This document shows positions 9,315-20,841 of a stretch of 64,000 nt of DNA, in pieces; within the stretch, counting starts at the first letter, position 1; each line of letters starts with the position of its first letter. Both the position numbers and the translations under genes were made by a program. Source of the stretch: Rebecca billardiae RCC1528 (lineage: Eukaryota > Protista > Haptophyta); contig OZ251230.1 of the NCBI GenBank assembly GCA_965240325.2, forward strand, positions 1,736,001 through 1,800,000, read 5' to 3'. The notes below the pieces were generated by a model that ran no database searches, was not told the DNA's origin, and saw only the letters and a list, made by a program, of their open reading frames with translations.

Positions 9315-11705
9315 ATGAAGTCGAGCCCCGCGCACCAGAATGCCGCGTTGGACGGCGGCACAACGGCGGTTGCAGGCGTGCACGACGGCATGAGAGGCGC
9401 CCCCCTCCCGACGCGCTACGTGCTCGACCGCGCTGAGGTGTTGGGCCTGCTCTGTGCCCACCTCACGGCTGAGGGGCTGACGCTCACCGCCGGCGTGCTC
9501 AGGCAGGAGGTGGCTCAGCGCGGGGCTGAGCTGGGCGCGAGCTCCTTCGAGCGGGCTGCGGACGGGCCCAGCGACCGGCTCGACGCACTCCTCGCTCGAG
9601 CCGCGGCGCATGCCGACGGCATTCCTGTGCAGCAGCACGCCCGCCAACGCGCTCAGCTCGCTGCGGATCCGCGCCGCCCGCACCGCGCCGTGCGCGTGTG
9701 CGTTGCGCGGGCATCCGGGGACGAGGCGGTCGTGCTCGTGCATGGCGAGGCTGGCGGCTGCGAGGCGCACACCCAGACGCCGCCCGAGCCCGTGCCGCCA
9801 CCGCACCCCGCGGCCCCGTGCATCACTCCGAGCGCCTCACCCGCGCGCACGCAGCCGGCGCGCGGCGTCCCAGCGCCGGCTGCGCGGCAGGCGCCGGGCA
9901 CGATGGGCGCGCACGCGGCGCTTCGGCGAGATGTACTCGACTCAGAGATGGGCACGCCCGTCGGCTCCGCCCCCGCCACCCAGCCGCATCCGGCCGGCAC
10001 CTCCGGCGCGCGCGTGCCGGCTGCCGACCATCGGTCGGCGCCCGCGGCAGCCGGCAGCCTCACCTGCACGCCTGCTCAGGGCGCGGCACAGCCGGAGGAG
10101 GCCGAGCCGGCGGAGGGCGCGGCGTGGCGGGGGCGTGAGCTGGCATTCGACGCCTACGCGCCGCCGGCGCCTCCCGAGGGCGCGCACCGGCCGCGCCACC
10201 GCACGGCAGAGCTTGCTCATGAGCGCGAGCTGCGCGGCCGCTCGCGCGAGCGGCGCGCTTCGCCGAGCGAGCGCGAGCGCCGCTGGGACCGGTCGTGGTC
10301 GAGTGGCTCGCGGTCGTCGTCAAGGCGCACGGCGTCGCCTCGGGCGCATCGTCACGAGCAGCGCCGAGCGAGCCGCGCCCACAGCCCCGAGCGCAGCCCT
10401 CGACGCGCGCGCGTGTACGAGGGACGCGGCGCGCGCGCGGTGCCACACGACTGGCCGTGTGTCGAGTGTCATGCGCTCAACTTCCCGTACACGCGGAACG
10501 GGCGCGAGCTGAAGACGCGCTGCTTCCGCTGCGGCGCGCTGTGCCCTCGCTGGGTGGAGCGGCGCGTGCGCGAGCACTCGCGCCGCGCGCATCGCGCTGG
10601 GCGGCGCGGCGGCGGTGGCGGCCGCCGCCACCGGGGCCCTGACCAGGGCAGCGACAGTGACGATGCTCACGGCAGCGACGGCGGCGGCGGCGGCGGCGGC
10701 AGCTGGTCTTGCGCCGCCTCGGACTCCGACGCGAGCGAGCGCGGCTCGGGCTCGGCGGGGCACAAGCGCGCGCGCCGAGGCTCGCGCGCGCCTGCGCGCG
10801 CCGAGCCCACCGCGCCATCGGCGCGCGGCGGCCCGACGCTCGGCTGCGTCGCGCCGGCCGGCGGCGGCGCGGCTTGCCCGACTGGCCTTACTGCGGCTCC
10901 GAAGCCAACTGCGCTCCCCGCGGACGGCGGTGCCCTTGCGGCCGCCCAGCTCGAGCTGGCGCGCGCGAAGGAGGAGGCGCTGGCCGCCGCGCTCGCGCAG
11001 CTCGCGGAGGAGCGCGCCAAGCTCGCCGAGGCCGTGCAGCTCGCACAGCGAGCGGCCACCGAGGCCGCGCGTGCGTCCGCGCGCGCTGCGCCGCCCGTGT
11101 CCTCTCCGCGTCGCGATGATGAGACGATCGCGGCCGCGCGGACGGTCGACGCGGCGCCACCCCAGGCTCAGCGCGGCGCGGCGGCGGGTACACCGCCGAG
11201 GGCTGCGAGCAATGCTCGCGCGGAGGCGTCCGCGCGGCAGCCGCCCGCCGCCGTCGCATCCGCCGCGCCCCTCGCCCAGCCCGCCCATGGCGCCCCTCTC
11301 AGCGCCGAGCGCGCGCAGCCTCAGCAGGCTGCAGCAGCTGCATCGGCAACCGAACCGCCGCCAGCCGACGCTGCTGCAGGGGACGCCGAGCAGAGCAAGA
11401 AGCGGCGCCGGCGGGGAGGGCGGGGTCGAGCAGGCGCGGCGCAAGCCGATGTGCCGAGCACGTGCGCAGACGACCTCCGGGGCGCGCTCGCGGCGACGCG
11501 CGCTCTGCAGCGCCAGGCCTTGCAGACCTGTGACGGCGCGAGCTGCGGCGGGGGGCCGTCGGCCGACGCGCCGCGCGGCGGCGCTCGGAGCCTCAAGGAG
11601 TGGCTCTGCACCGCACCGGGGTGCGCCGCCATCAACTACCCGTACGAGCGGGATGGCGCAACTGTGAAGAGCGCGTGCTACAAGTGCGGCGCACCGCGTG
11701 ATTGA
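9315..11705 (+). CDS. LisH-motif protein with RS-rich region and two RanBP2-type zinc fingers (putative nuclear RNA-binding protein)
   Basis: LisH-like EVLGLLCAHLTAEGLTLTAGVLRQEV; DWPCVEC...N...CFRCG and EWLCTAPGC...N...CYKCG; Arg/Ser-rich centre; ATG at 9315. Confidence 0.75.
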   Translation: MKSSPAHQNAALDGGTTAVAGVHDGMRGAPLPTRYVLDRAEVLGLLCAHLTAEGLTLTAGVLRQEVAQRGAELGASSFERAADGPSDRLDALLARAAAHADGIPVQQHARQRAQLAADPRRPHRAVRVCVARASGDEAVVLVHGEAGGCEAHTQTPPEPVPPPHPAAPCITPSASPARTQPARGVPAPAARQAPGTMGAHAALRRDVLDSEMGTPVGSAPATQPHPAGTSGARVPAADHRSAPAAAGSLTCTPAQGAAQPEEAEPAEGAAWRGRELAFDAYAPPAPPEGAHRPRHRTAELAHERELRGRSRERRASPSERERRWDRSWSSGSRSSSRRTASPRAHRHEQRRASRAHSPERSPRRARVYEGRGARAVPHDWPCVECHALNFPYTRNGRELKTRCFRCGALCPRWVERRVREHSRRAHRAGRRGGGGGRRHRGPDQGSDSDDAHGSDGGGGGGGSWSCAASDSDASERGSGSAGHKRARRGSRAPARAEPTAPSARGGPTLGCVAPAGGGAACPTGLTAAPKPTALPADGGALAAAQLELARAKEEALAAALAQLAEERAKLAEAVQLAQRAATEAARASARAAPPVSSPRRDDETIAAARTVDAAPPQAQRGAAAGTPPRAASNARAEASARQPPAAVASAAPLAQPAHGAPLSAERAQPQQAAAAASATEPPPADAAAGDAEQSKKRRRRGGRGRAGAAQADVPSTCADDLRGALAATRALQRQALQTCDGASCGGGPSADAPRGGARSLKEWLCTAPGCAAINYPYERDGATVKSACYKCGAPRD

Positions 11706-12029
11706 TCTGCGGGAGCAGCCGACGGGCGCAGCGTCGTGCCACATCAGGGTCAAGCTCCGCAGTAATTCCCACGGCGAAATTCCCACGCGCTGCTAGTGCT
11801 GGCGGGGCTCATCATTGTCGATCGTCGTCATCACGCTATATCGTCCGGATTATTGGCTATACGACATTCAGTACGACATACATCACCTGGCGGGACTCGG
11901 ACTCATCTGATAGCTGCTCGGACTTCGGTCTCGGACGAGCTGACAGGCCTCGAGGACTGAGACTCTGTGACCGGTAGAGGCTGATGAGCAGGCTGAGACG
12001 CCGTGACATTTATTTTATTAATATATATA

Positions 12030-13607
12030 TGACCGCGTTCCGCGGTCCTTTTCCGTAGAACGAACGTAGTTCAGGGCCCGCGGTGGCGGTGCACCCTCCA
12101 TCGCAGTCGTCTATTGACAGACCCGGAGTTGCATGCCCGTACAACTAGACTCCAGCGGCGCGCCGCCGCCCGCCGCGCCGGGCGCGGGCCCATCGCACTT
12201 CGCAGCCGCCGGCGCGGCGCCGATTGTGTACAGGCGGATGCGACGAGGCGTGATCGACGCATGAGCGCGACTCCACGTGCACGCCAGGCCACGCGAAGCT
12301 GACAGCCAGGGAGCACGGTGCGGGGCCGCGGATTCGTTCGGGCCGCTGCTGCTGACTGACCGCTGTGGCGCTGTCCCGCGGGTCACCGCGCACCGGCAGC
12401 GCCAGGATAGTAGATGATTTGCACTGGTCCGAGTAGGGTTCGACCAGCGCCTGCGCGACGGCCGACAGGCGGGCGCGAGGCGTGATCGACGCATGAGCGC
12501 AACTCTACGTGCACGCCAGGCCACGCGGAGCTGACAGCCCGAGGGAGCACGGTGCCGAGGTCGGATGTGCGAGCGGGCACCAGTCACGGATCGTTCGCGC
12601 ACGCCGCGCGTGCACGGGCTGACACACCTCGATCAGGCTCGGCACGCGTTGCAGAGGCACAGCCAGCTCTGGGGACGTCACGCACCACCGTCGCCCGCGC
12701 AGCTCGTCCTCCTCGTAGAGTACCGTTCAGTTCCGAGGCGTAGCCCTCGCTCAGAGTCGACCGTCGACGATGGACTCGGATCGTCGGCGCTCCCCGGAAA
12801 GGCATGGCAAGGGCGGCGCGTGGTGAAGTCGAAGACTCAGAGATCGATCAGTCCGGCATCAGGCGCCGCTGCCCCCGAGCTTGCGAGAGCCCGAATACAG
12901 GGCGGCTGCCGCGGCGCGGCCGGGGCGCCCCGCGGCGACCGGGCGCGCGGCCGCGCGCAGGCATCGACACGGGGCGGCGGGGGCGCGCGGAGTGAGCGGG
13001 GGCACGAACGCGATGTCGACGGCAGTCGGGACCCGCCGCAGCCGCGCGCTCCAGGCGCCACTCGCCGCGCGCACCTGCCCATCGCCGTCCTCGCCCGTCG
13101 GTCGCTCGTGGCTCGCCTCCTCGGAGCTCCTGGCGCCGCAGCCGCGGCGTACAAACGCGGGCCGCTAACACGCCGCGCGCGCCGCGCCCCCTCCGGCTCC
13201 GACTATACGGATAGTTGCGGCGGGTATTTTCAATGTCTCGCACTATTGAAGTTGGTTGGACGATTATGTCAACGGTCGTTCTTGGCATCTTGCAGCGGCG
13301 AGGCCATATTATTTTACTATGGTCACACTACATTAAGGAGAGTCTACCCACAATTACCCTGCCTCGCACACTTGGGCGTGGGTTTCGTTGATTCCTCTGT
13401 TCACTATTCAAGACGGCGGACGCGTCCTTTTTCGACGAGGATGCACCTGTAAGGGAGTCTCAAAATTCGAAACTCGGTCTCCTCCAGCCCTAAAATCGTC
13501 CCCCGTGGCCCGTCCCTTTTTTCTTTGATCAAAGATCTTTTTGAAACGTGGTTCGGGCCCGCTGGTGCGGGCTCCACGCTGCGCGCTCCGCCCTGCACCG
13601 CGGGCCA
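12030..13607 (-). mobile_element. Asymmetric-TIR/hairpin non-autonomous element, family 1 copy A
   Basis: Minus strand starts TGGCCCGCGGTGCAGGGCGG; about 400 bp is shared with copy B; ends ...AACTACGTTCGTTCTACGGAAAAG-GACCGCG GAA CGCGGTC-A. Internal duplication at about 12245-12320 / 12475-12555. Confidence 0.85.
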
Positions 13608-14097
13608 TAATAAAAGTGATGATATAGACGCGAGTATATAGGGTGAGCGGGCCGGGTGGCCCGCGAGCCGGGGGGCGCCGCGGCTCGGCGTAACCAGGCC
13701 CGGGCTGGGGTGGCTCGAATGTCTCATGACTGCTGGGTCGTTGGCCCGACCGCCCGAGCGTCACATCACACATGGCGGCAAACCTGGAACCTGCGACCAT
13801 GCCGATGAGTGCGGCGGCCGATGCGCGGATGGCGGCAGGTCCACAGGCTGCACAACGGCGCCGGCGACATGCGCGGCCCAGCGACACGTTCCGCGCATAC
13901 GTAGGAATAAGTAGGGGTCGTGCGCCCGTCAATCATTCAAGAAGTGGCCAGCAAGGTCACTCAAGGATGAGGCCAGGCGGTGTCGAGGTCAGGCGCAATC
14001 TTCGCCGCTTCAAGACACGCGACGACTATCCGTGATGTCGGGACGTGATGGGAGACAGGCCGTGCACGCCGGAGGCTGCCGAGCGGTGGCCGCACGG

Positions 14098-15140
14098 TCA
14101 AAAACTGATCTTCTTGCCGGAGAACTCCTGCGTGGCCGCGCGCGCGCGCGACGCACACGCATCGTAAGGGGTGCGCCACCCACCGCGCGCAATTGCTCGC
14201 AGCCCGCGCCGCGCCGGGGCGCGGCGAGGGGAGCAGCGCAGCGCAGGCAGGCGCGCGCGCGCGTCGCGCGCGCACCTGGATGGCGCCGCTCCCGCGCGCC
14301 CTGCCACTCCCCATGCCGCCGCGGGCGGAGCCACGCCCGCCGCCCCGCGCGGAGCCGCGCCCGCCCCCACGGCCGCTCCCCGGCGTCGCGCCGCCGGCAA
14401 AGCCGCCAGCGCCGCGCCCGCCTCCTCCGCTGCCCTTGTCTTCTGCGAGCGTGACGCGCATCGAGCGACCGGCCATGTCCGTGCCGTTCAGCTCGAGCGC
14501 GCGCTGCGCCGCCTCGGCCGTGCTGAACTGCACGTGCGCCCAGCCCGCGGGGCGCGACGGGTCCATCTTGTCCTTCCCCAGCCTCACCTCCTCCACGGGG
14601 CCACACGGGCTGAACGCGGCGCGCAGCTCGTCCTCGGTCGCCTTGAAGCTCAGGTTGGCGACGAAGAGCCTCTTGCTGCCGGCAGCGGGGGGCGCGCTCG
14701 CGCCGCCCGCCGCCTTCGCCGCCTCGGTGATCTCGACGGTGCGCCCGCTGAGCTCGCGCCCGGAGAAGCCGATCAGCCGGCGGAGGTTCTCCGAGCCGTC
14801 GACGCTCACAAACGCAACGCCTCGGTGGTGGCTGCTGTCCGTGCGCGTCGGCATGTGGATCTCGAGCACGGCACCGCAGCCGGAGGGCGCGACAAAGTCT
14901 CTGATCATCTGGTCCGTGATCTCGTACGGCAGGCCCTTGAGGATGGCGGTCTTGCTCTCCGCGCCCGCGCGCGCCATCTTGGCCGCCGGCTCGGAGCCGC
15001 CCGCGTCGAGCTTGCGCTTGCCCGCGGCGGCGCCGCCGTCGCCGCTCGAGTCGTCGTCGTCGTCATCGTCGTCGTCGTCACTCGACTCCTCCTCGTCCTG
15101 CGCGTCGTCATCGCTGGATGAGTCGTCATCGTCGTCGTCG

Positions 15141-15172
<32 letters not shown>

Positions 15173-15272
15173 GTCATCGTCGTCGTCGTCGTCGTCGCTC
15201 TCCTCGTCCTTCGGGCCGACGAGCTTCGGCGCGGCCGCGGGCGTCGCCACCGGCCCATCGTCGCTGCTGTCG

Positions 15273-15322
<50 letters not shown>

Positions 15323-15919
15323 CGAGCTGGCAGGCTTGGGCGCGTTCAGCGCGGGCGGAGGCGGCACCGCATCGTCGCTGTCATCGTCGCTCTCGCTGTC
15401 GCTCGAGGAGTCGTCGTCGCTCGAGTCGGCGCGCTCGGCAGCCGCAGGCTGCGCCGGGCGGCCGTTGGCCACAGCGCGCTGCGCGGCCTCCTCGCTGCTA
15501 CTGGCGCTGCTGCTGTCGTCGTCGCTGCTGTCGTCGTCATCGGCGGGCGCGGGCGTCGCCACCCGCGGCGCAGGCGCGGCCGGCTTCTCGACATCATCCT
15601 CGTCGTCGCTGTCGTCGCTGCTGCTGTCGTCGTCGTCGTCATCGATGCCGCCGCCAGCGACCGGCGCAGGCGCGGCCGCAGGCCGTTCACTCTCGGAGTC
15701 GCTGTCGTCGTCATCGTCGCTGCTGTCGCTGCTGTCGTCAGAGCTGGGCACGGCGGGAGGCTTCGCGGGCGCCTCGTCGCCGTCCTCCTCATCGCTGTCG
15801 TCTTCGTCCTCGTCGCTCTCGCTGACCGCTGCCACCGCCTTGGCCGGGAGAGCCGCCTGCGCTGCAGCACCGCCGCCGTCGCTGCTGCTGTCGTCGTCGC
15901 TGGAGCTATCGCTCGAGCT

Positions 15920-15953
<34 letters not shown>

Positions 15954-16180
15954 TCGGAGCTATCGCCATCGCCAGCACGCTTCGCCCCGGCGGGGCTCGG
16001 GCCGCCAGCCTTCGCCTGATGCGCGCGCGTCAGCTGCGCGAGGGGAATCGTGCCAGGCGGCAGCGGCGCGGGCGTCTTCTTCGTCTCTCGGACGAGGGCG
16101 TCCGCAGTGCGCTGCAGGCCCTTACTCTTGAGGAAGTCGAACACGAGCGACAGGGTCAGCGGGTCCGATGGGCCTTCCAT
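14098..16180 (-). CDS. Nucleolin/Nsr1-like protein (LisH, acidic Ser/Asp tracts, 2 RRM, RGG), 2 exons
   Basis: ATG at 16180; RRMs (ILKGLP...RGVAFVSV; LFVANL...GWAHVQF); RGG tail. Intron 14128-14275 (GTGCG..GCAG) gives C-terminus IQ|EFSGKKISF*, similar to nucleolin C-termini. Confidence 0.9.
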
Positions 16181-16623
16181 CGCAGCCTTCGCGCCGGCCA
16201 GCTCTCGGCTGCACACGGAGGACACGCCACGTCGTCGCGGGTTTCGGTGCCGAGCTTTGCGTGGTCCAGGCCGCGATCGCGCAAAAGCCTTGCGGCCGTG
16301 AGTCGTAGTGCCGGAACGATGGCGCCGTGCGTGCCGGTGGGTTTATTGAGTTTTGACAGGTTTGACAAAAGAAAAGAAAAGAAAACGCCGTCATCGTTCT
16401 CCCCAGAATGATGCTGGCCAGATCTCGAGATCCATGCTCGTGTGCCCGTTCACACCCGTAAAACTTTCAAAACGTGTTTTTCCTGAAAACGATACTACGT
16501 ACTACTATGACGTCAGCCCTTTTGCCGCGGTTCAGCGCGCCAATAACCCAGGCTGAGGCACTCGGGCGCGGTTAATGTCGTAAATCACTGGCCACGCAAT
16601 CAGTATGAGTTAAGCTACTTACT

Positions 16624-16876
16624 CGAGTCCAACTACTACTAACTTCGGCGAGTCCAACTACTACTAACTTCGGCGAGTCCAACTACGACTACTAACTTCG
16701 GCGAGTCCAACTACTACTAACTTCGGCGAGTCCAACTACTACTAACTTCGGCGAGTCCAACTACTACTAACTCAGGCGAGTCCAACTACTACTAACTTCG
16801 GCGAGTCCAACTACTACCAACTTCGGCGAGTCCAACTACTACTAACTCAGGCGAGTCCAACTACTATTAACTTCGG
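16624..16876. repeat. 25-bp minisatellite, 10 copies (CGAGTCCAACTACTACTAACTTCGG)
   Basis: Direct head-to-tail copies with few variants and no unique spacers. Confidence 0.95.
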
Positions 16877-17393
16877 CCACAACATCACCCACCAGCTGCT
16901 GACCAAGAACAGGCTACACCATCGTCCACCATGACCTGCCACTGACCAAGTAGGCGACGACATCATCCGCACCAGCTGCTGACCAAGTAGGGGACGGCCT
17001 GGCCGACGCCAACATGCTCACTCGCCTTTGATTTCGTACCCATGCACTTCCTGGTGGGCCTGACGACGTCCGGACGACGACAACAACGACATCCGCCATG
17101 GGGACCAACATCAACGCGCTCACACCACTGCCACTGCTGCAAGCTTCGACCAGTACCACTACAGACGAATCAGGAGAGCTGCGCCCTCGTGCCTGTGTCT
17201 TTAAATCATAGAATTAGTCTACTTGGCGGCCGCACAGCTGCACGCGGGCACGCTGCCGATCAGTGGTTAGGGTCCACAAGTTCACCTCGTGGACTCGAGC
17301 GTCGGCATGCATGGTGAGTGCTTCGTGGCGCCGTGGGCGTGAGCGGGCGTCACACTACGATCGCCGCCTGCCCGGGCCGCCGCCCCAACGCGA

Positions 17394-18518
17394 TTAGCGC
17401 GCACTGCGCGCGCCTGCGACCGCGGCCGCTGGCTCGGAGGCGGACGTCGCGTACAGATCCCGTGGCGGCGGCACGGGTAGGAGCTGCTGCCGCAGCTCGA
17501 CACGGTTGCAGCGCTCCGACGCGCGCGCCGCGTCGCGCAGCGCGCAGCGGATCAGCGACCGTCGCAGCCCGAACGCTTGCACGCCGAGCAGCCTGCTGAC
17601 GAGGACGGAGATGCGCCAGAGGGGCACGAGCAGCGCCAGCCGCACGGAGATCGCCACGAAGGTGCCGAGCGAGCTCGGCTCGTGTCGGGCGGCGTGCCTC
17701 ACCTTCGCGAGGATCTGCGGGCGCAGGTGCAGCAGCGCTTGCTGCGGGAGCGGGAGGGCGACAGAGCCGTGGGGAGCGCGGGTGGCGGTGAGCGCGCGCC
17801 GGCGGCGCGTTCCGCCGCGTGCGCAGCAGCGGGGGGGAAATGGCTGCGGCCGTGCGTGCGGGGCGGGGGGGCGGGGCGTGCACACCTGCAGGTCCATCTC
17901 CGCGCGCCACGGCGTGAAGAGCGCGCCCGGCTTCGACTCGGCGTCGCCGCGCGCGTCCACGCGGCTCCCGACCGGGCAGCCCGCCGGGACGGCCATCGCC
18001 TGAAGCTTGGAGAGCGATTCGCTCATCGCCTCGGTGGCGCACATGGCCCACGACTCGGCCCACCATCGCGCGAGTGGCATGCGCCAGTGCACGTACGAGC
18101 CGACGAGCAGGGCGAGGCGCCGCGGCTGCTCGAGCGTCGCCGAGAGCACGCGCGACGCCGAGAAGATCGGCTGCGAGATCCCGTAGCCGCGTAGAATGCG
18201 CTGCGCCTCCTCGGTCGCCGTCCTCTGGACGGCGCGGGCGCAGCGCGCGCCCTCGTTGCGGAGGGCGATCTGGAGAGCCATCACGTCGTGCGACAGGATG
18301 CGGAGCACGCTTTCCCGCACCGCCTCGGCGTGCGACGCGAGTGGCGGCTGCTCGTTGGCGAGCGCAATGTTGACGCGCGGCGCTCGCCGCACCACATGTG
18401 CGCGCAGCCTCGGAGGGAATGCGGCTAGTGCGCGCGGGCGGAGCAGCGCGGCGTGTCGCAGCGAGCCCACGCACAGCAGCTGCGCCGCGACGAGGGTGAG
18501 CGCCGCCACCAGCCGCAT
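17394..18518 (-). CDS. Hypothetical protein with signal peptide, probable in-frame intron
   Basis: MRLVAALTLVAAQLLCVGS signal-like start. Probable 144-bp intron 17742-17885 (CAG|GTGTGC...CCCGCAG) whose removal deletes low-complexity sequence. Confidence 0.55.
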   Translation of the reverse strand: MRLVAALTLVAAQLLCVGSLRHAALLRPRALAAFPPRLRAHVVRRAPRVNIALANEQPPLASHAEAVRESVLRILSHDVMALQIALRNEGARCARAVQRTATEEAQRILRGYGISQPIFSASRVLSATLEQPRRLALLVGSYVHWRMPLARWWAESWAMCATEAMSESLSKLQAMAVPAGCPVGSRVDARGDAESKPGALFTPWRAEMDLQVCTPRPPAPHARPQPFPPRCCARGGTRRRRALTATRAPHGSVALPLPQQALLHLRPQILAKVRHAARHEPSSLGTFVAISVRLALLVPLWRISVLVSRLLGVQAFGLRRSLIRCALRDAARASERCNRVELRQQLLPVPPPRDLYATSASEPAAAVAGARSAR

Positions 18519-20841
18519 GGGGCGATGAGCGCCCGTTCACGGACAGTGCGCGGAGCGGAGCGAGATGGGCTCAAGTCAAAGCGGAGCGCATCACACGGAG
18601 ACCTTGACCCGGCGCTCCCGAACTCGTCAAAATCGGGCCTTCGCGCACGGACCGAGCAGCGCTTGGTCCCTCGGCGAACACGTGGCATGCGCGCGCGCCG
18701 TATATGTGGGTAGCTGATTAACCATCGAACCGTCAAAACACTATGAGCTTTAGGCTCTGTTGACGTCACTCATTTTCCACGTGTCGCGGCGTTTCAACTC
18801 GCTGTGGCCAATCAGCGCACGACAGATCAGCGCGGAGATGATCGATGACAAGCCGGTCGTAACCAGACAGGAATCTGCTCAGGAGTCCAGGGACGGTCCT
18901 GGTCTGAAGTCTGGTGCCACACCCCGTCCCTTCCACACGCGCCGCTGCCACCCCCCACGGTCTGCTCCGGCTTCCACCCACCGCAGCGCCGCCGGTGGAG
19001 GCTCGCGGCGAGCCGTTGGCGCACGCCGCGCCGGCGCGCACGGCGGAGAGCGCGCCGCCGCGCGTGGTGCCGCCGCGGGCGCCGCAAACGGGTGCCACCA
19101 CGCCTCCCGCCAAGGATCAGGAAGTGTCGCTGAATGCGGCCCCGAATGCGCGGAGGCGGAGCCTGAATTAGAATGCCACATCGTAGTTGCGACAGTATCA
19201 AGCTCCCTTTGTCTCTCTTTCTCCTTCCTTCCTTCTCTCGTCTCCTCTCCTCTGCTCCTCCTCCCCTTCTCCTCCCTCGTCTGCGGCCGCCGGAGCAAAA
19301 TATTGGGGCGGTTCACTCAGATCACTCCCCTGCGACATAAGGCCAAGGGCGGGTCTGCGGCCGTGGGCGATATCAAGCAACTCATCGTAGTCAGTAGGCC
19401 TGGTTGCGCCCTTGTTAATAACGACATAGGCGGTGAGGGTGCGGTACCCTCCAAGTGTGGCCGATCTCGGCCATCAGGTTCCTAGGCGCCGCCTGGCTGA
19501 AAGGCGGCCGCGTCCTGAATCGCGATTGCCGCAAGGCACCCGGAGACAGCATTAAGCATTTGCCCCGTGCCGGCGGGACGAGTGACTGCCCATCCAACAT
19601 CGCAGCGACCGGCCTGGCCATGTATTCGCCACCAAGCTTGGGCATGGACTTGCATGGACTCTAGACGGCTCGTTGCAGCTGAGGCCTTCGCGGTCCGAGC
19701 ACTGTGATCAGCATGAGGGCAGGCACTGAATGAAGGAAGTGAAGGCCGGGGGGGGGGCGGGCGGGCGGGGGCTTTCTGCGACATTTGGTACGTCCATTGG
19801 TAGCCAGGAGCGTCACATCATTACATCAAATGTTGATGATCGATGAAATGCCTGCTCTATACAAGCGTTGCTTGTACGTAATTCCGTTGCGGCTCGGCAG
19901 ACGGCACGGGTCGTGGCTGACCCCCCGGACTACTAGGGACTAAGGGAGTGTACAGACCATGTCAGCCCGGCGGCCGCCGATGACTCGGCAGTCGGCGCCA
20001 GCTGCTGCATGATAGTATGTTGATAGACGGTGACTATAGCGTGTAGCTAGCTAGTAGTAGTAGTACGCCGCTGATTATAGTTTATACTCAAATGGCCCCG
20101 ACAGACGGACTATCAGTCATCACGGGCGCCGGGGCGTTACATACCAGTCCCCCATGCGCCCCTCGGCGTGATAAAGGGTTTCATTCCGATCCCGCCGACT
20201 CGCGGGCCTCGGCCCTGCCGAGTTTGTATTATAATTTCAGTTTGTTGACAGAGTGACTCCGCGCATCTGTCTGAGATCGTAAGCTAAAGAGTGCTTCCGC
20301 ACGATACGGTTTTGTAACAGTGACGACGGACGATGGCCCAGTAGTCCGTATCAGTGCCCGAATGGTGATAGCGGTCAGTATTCTGCGGCCGATGCACTAG
20401 TCAGGCCCGACTGGCCCGAGGACACTGTCACACTGACACACACCGTCACACGTGTTAAGTGACCGTATTTCGTAGTTACTAGTAGGCCGGTTGCAGCCAC
20501 CAGTTAACGGTTACTATAGTCAGTATTCGTAAGCGCTTAGCTGTTTCACAGTCGGTTTGGATTTGCCATCGCGTCATTCCCGTCCTACAGTACTCAGTAC
20601 TCGTTCGTCGACGTCGTCCGGCCGCCCTCACGCCCCGGCGCCCCGCCAACGGGGCAGCCGAACGGGGCGGCCTTCGAGATCGGGATGAGATCGGTGTTTG
20701 CCATCGGCGTCTCGAATTCTGCTAGCACTCACAACGGCCCACTTCTTGGCTGCCGATTATTGTAAAGCTGAGATGCACCCCGCGACCCGGCCACCGCCGG
20801 CGAAGATGCACGCGCGTCATCGTCGCGCCCCAGCGCTAGGG

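Noticed and set aside
14193-16019. 608-aa poly-Ser ORF
   Set aside because: Antisense of the nucleolin poly-Asp tracts.
16624-16876. Possible CRISPR array
   Set aside because: The repeats are contiguous with no unique spacers; no cas genes; eukaryotic context.
18760-19790. Several short ORFs, possibly a retroelement relic
   Set aside because: No RT, endonuclease or terminal-repeat signature that I can support.
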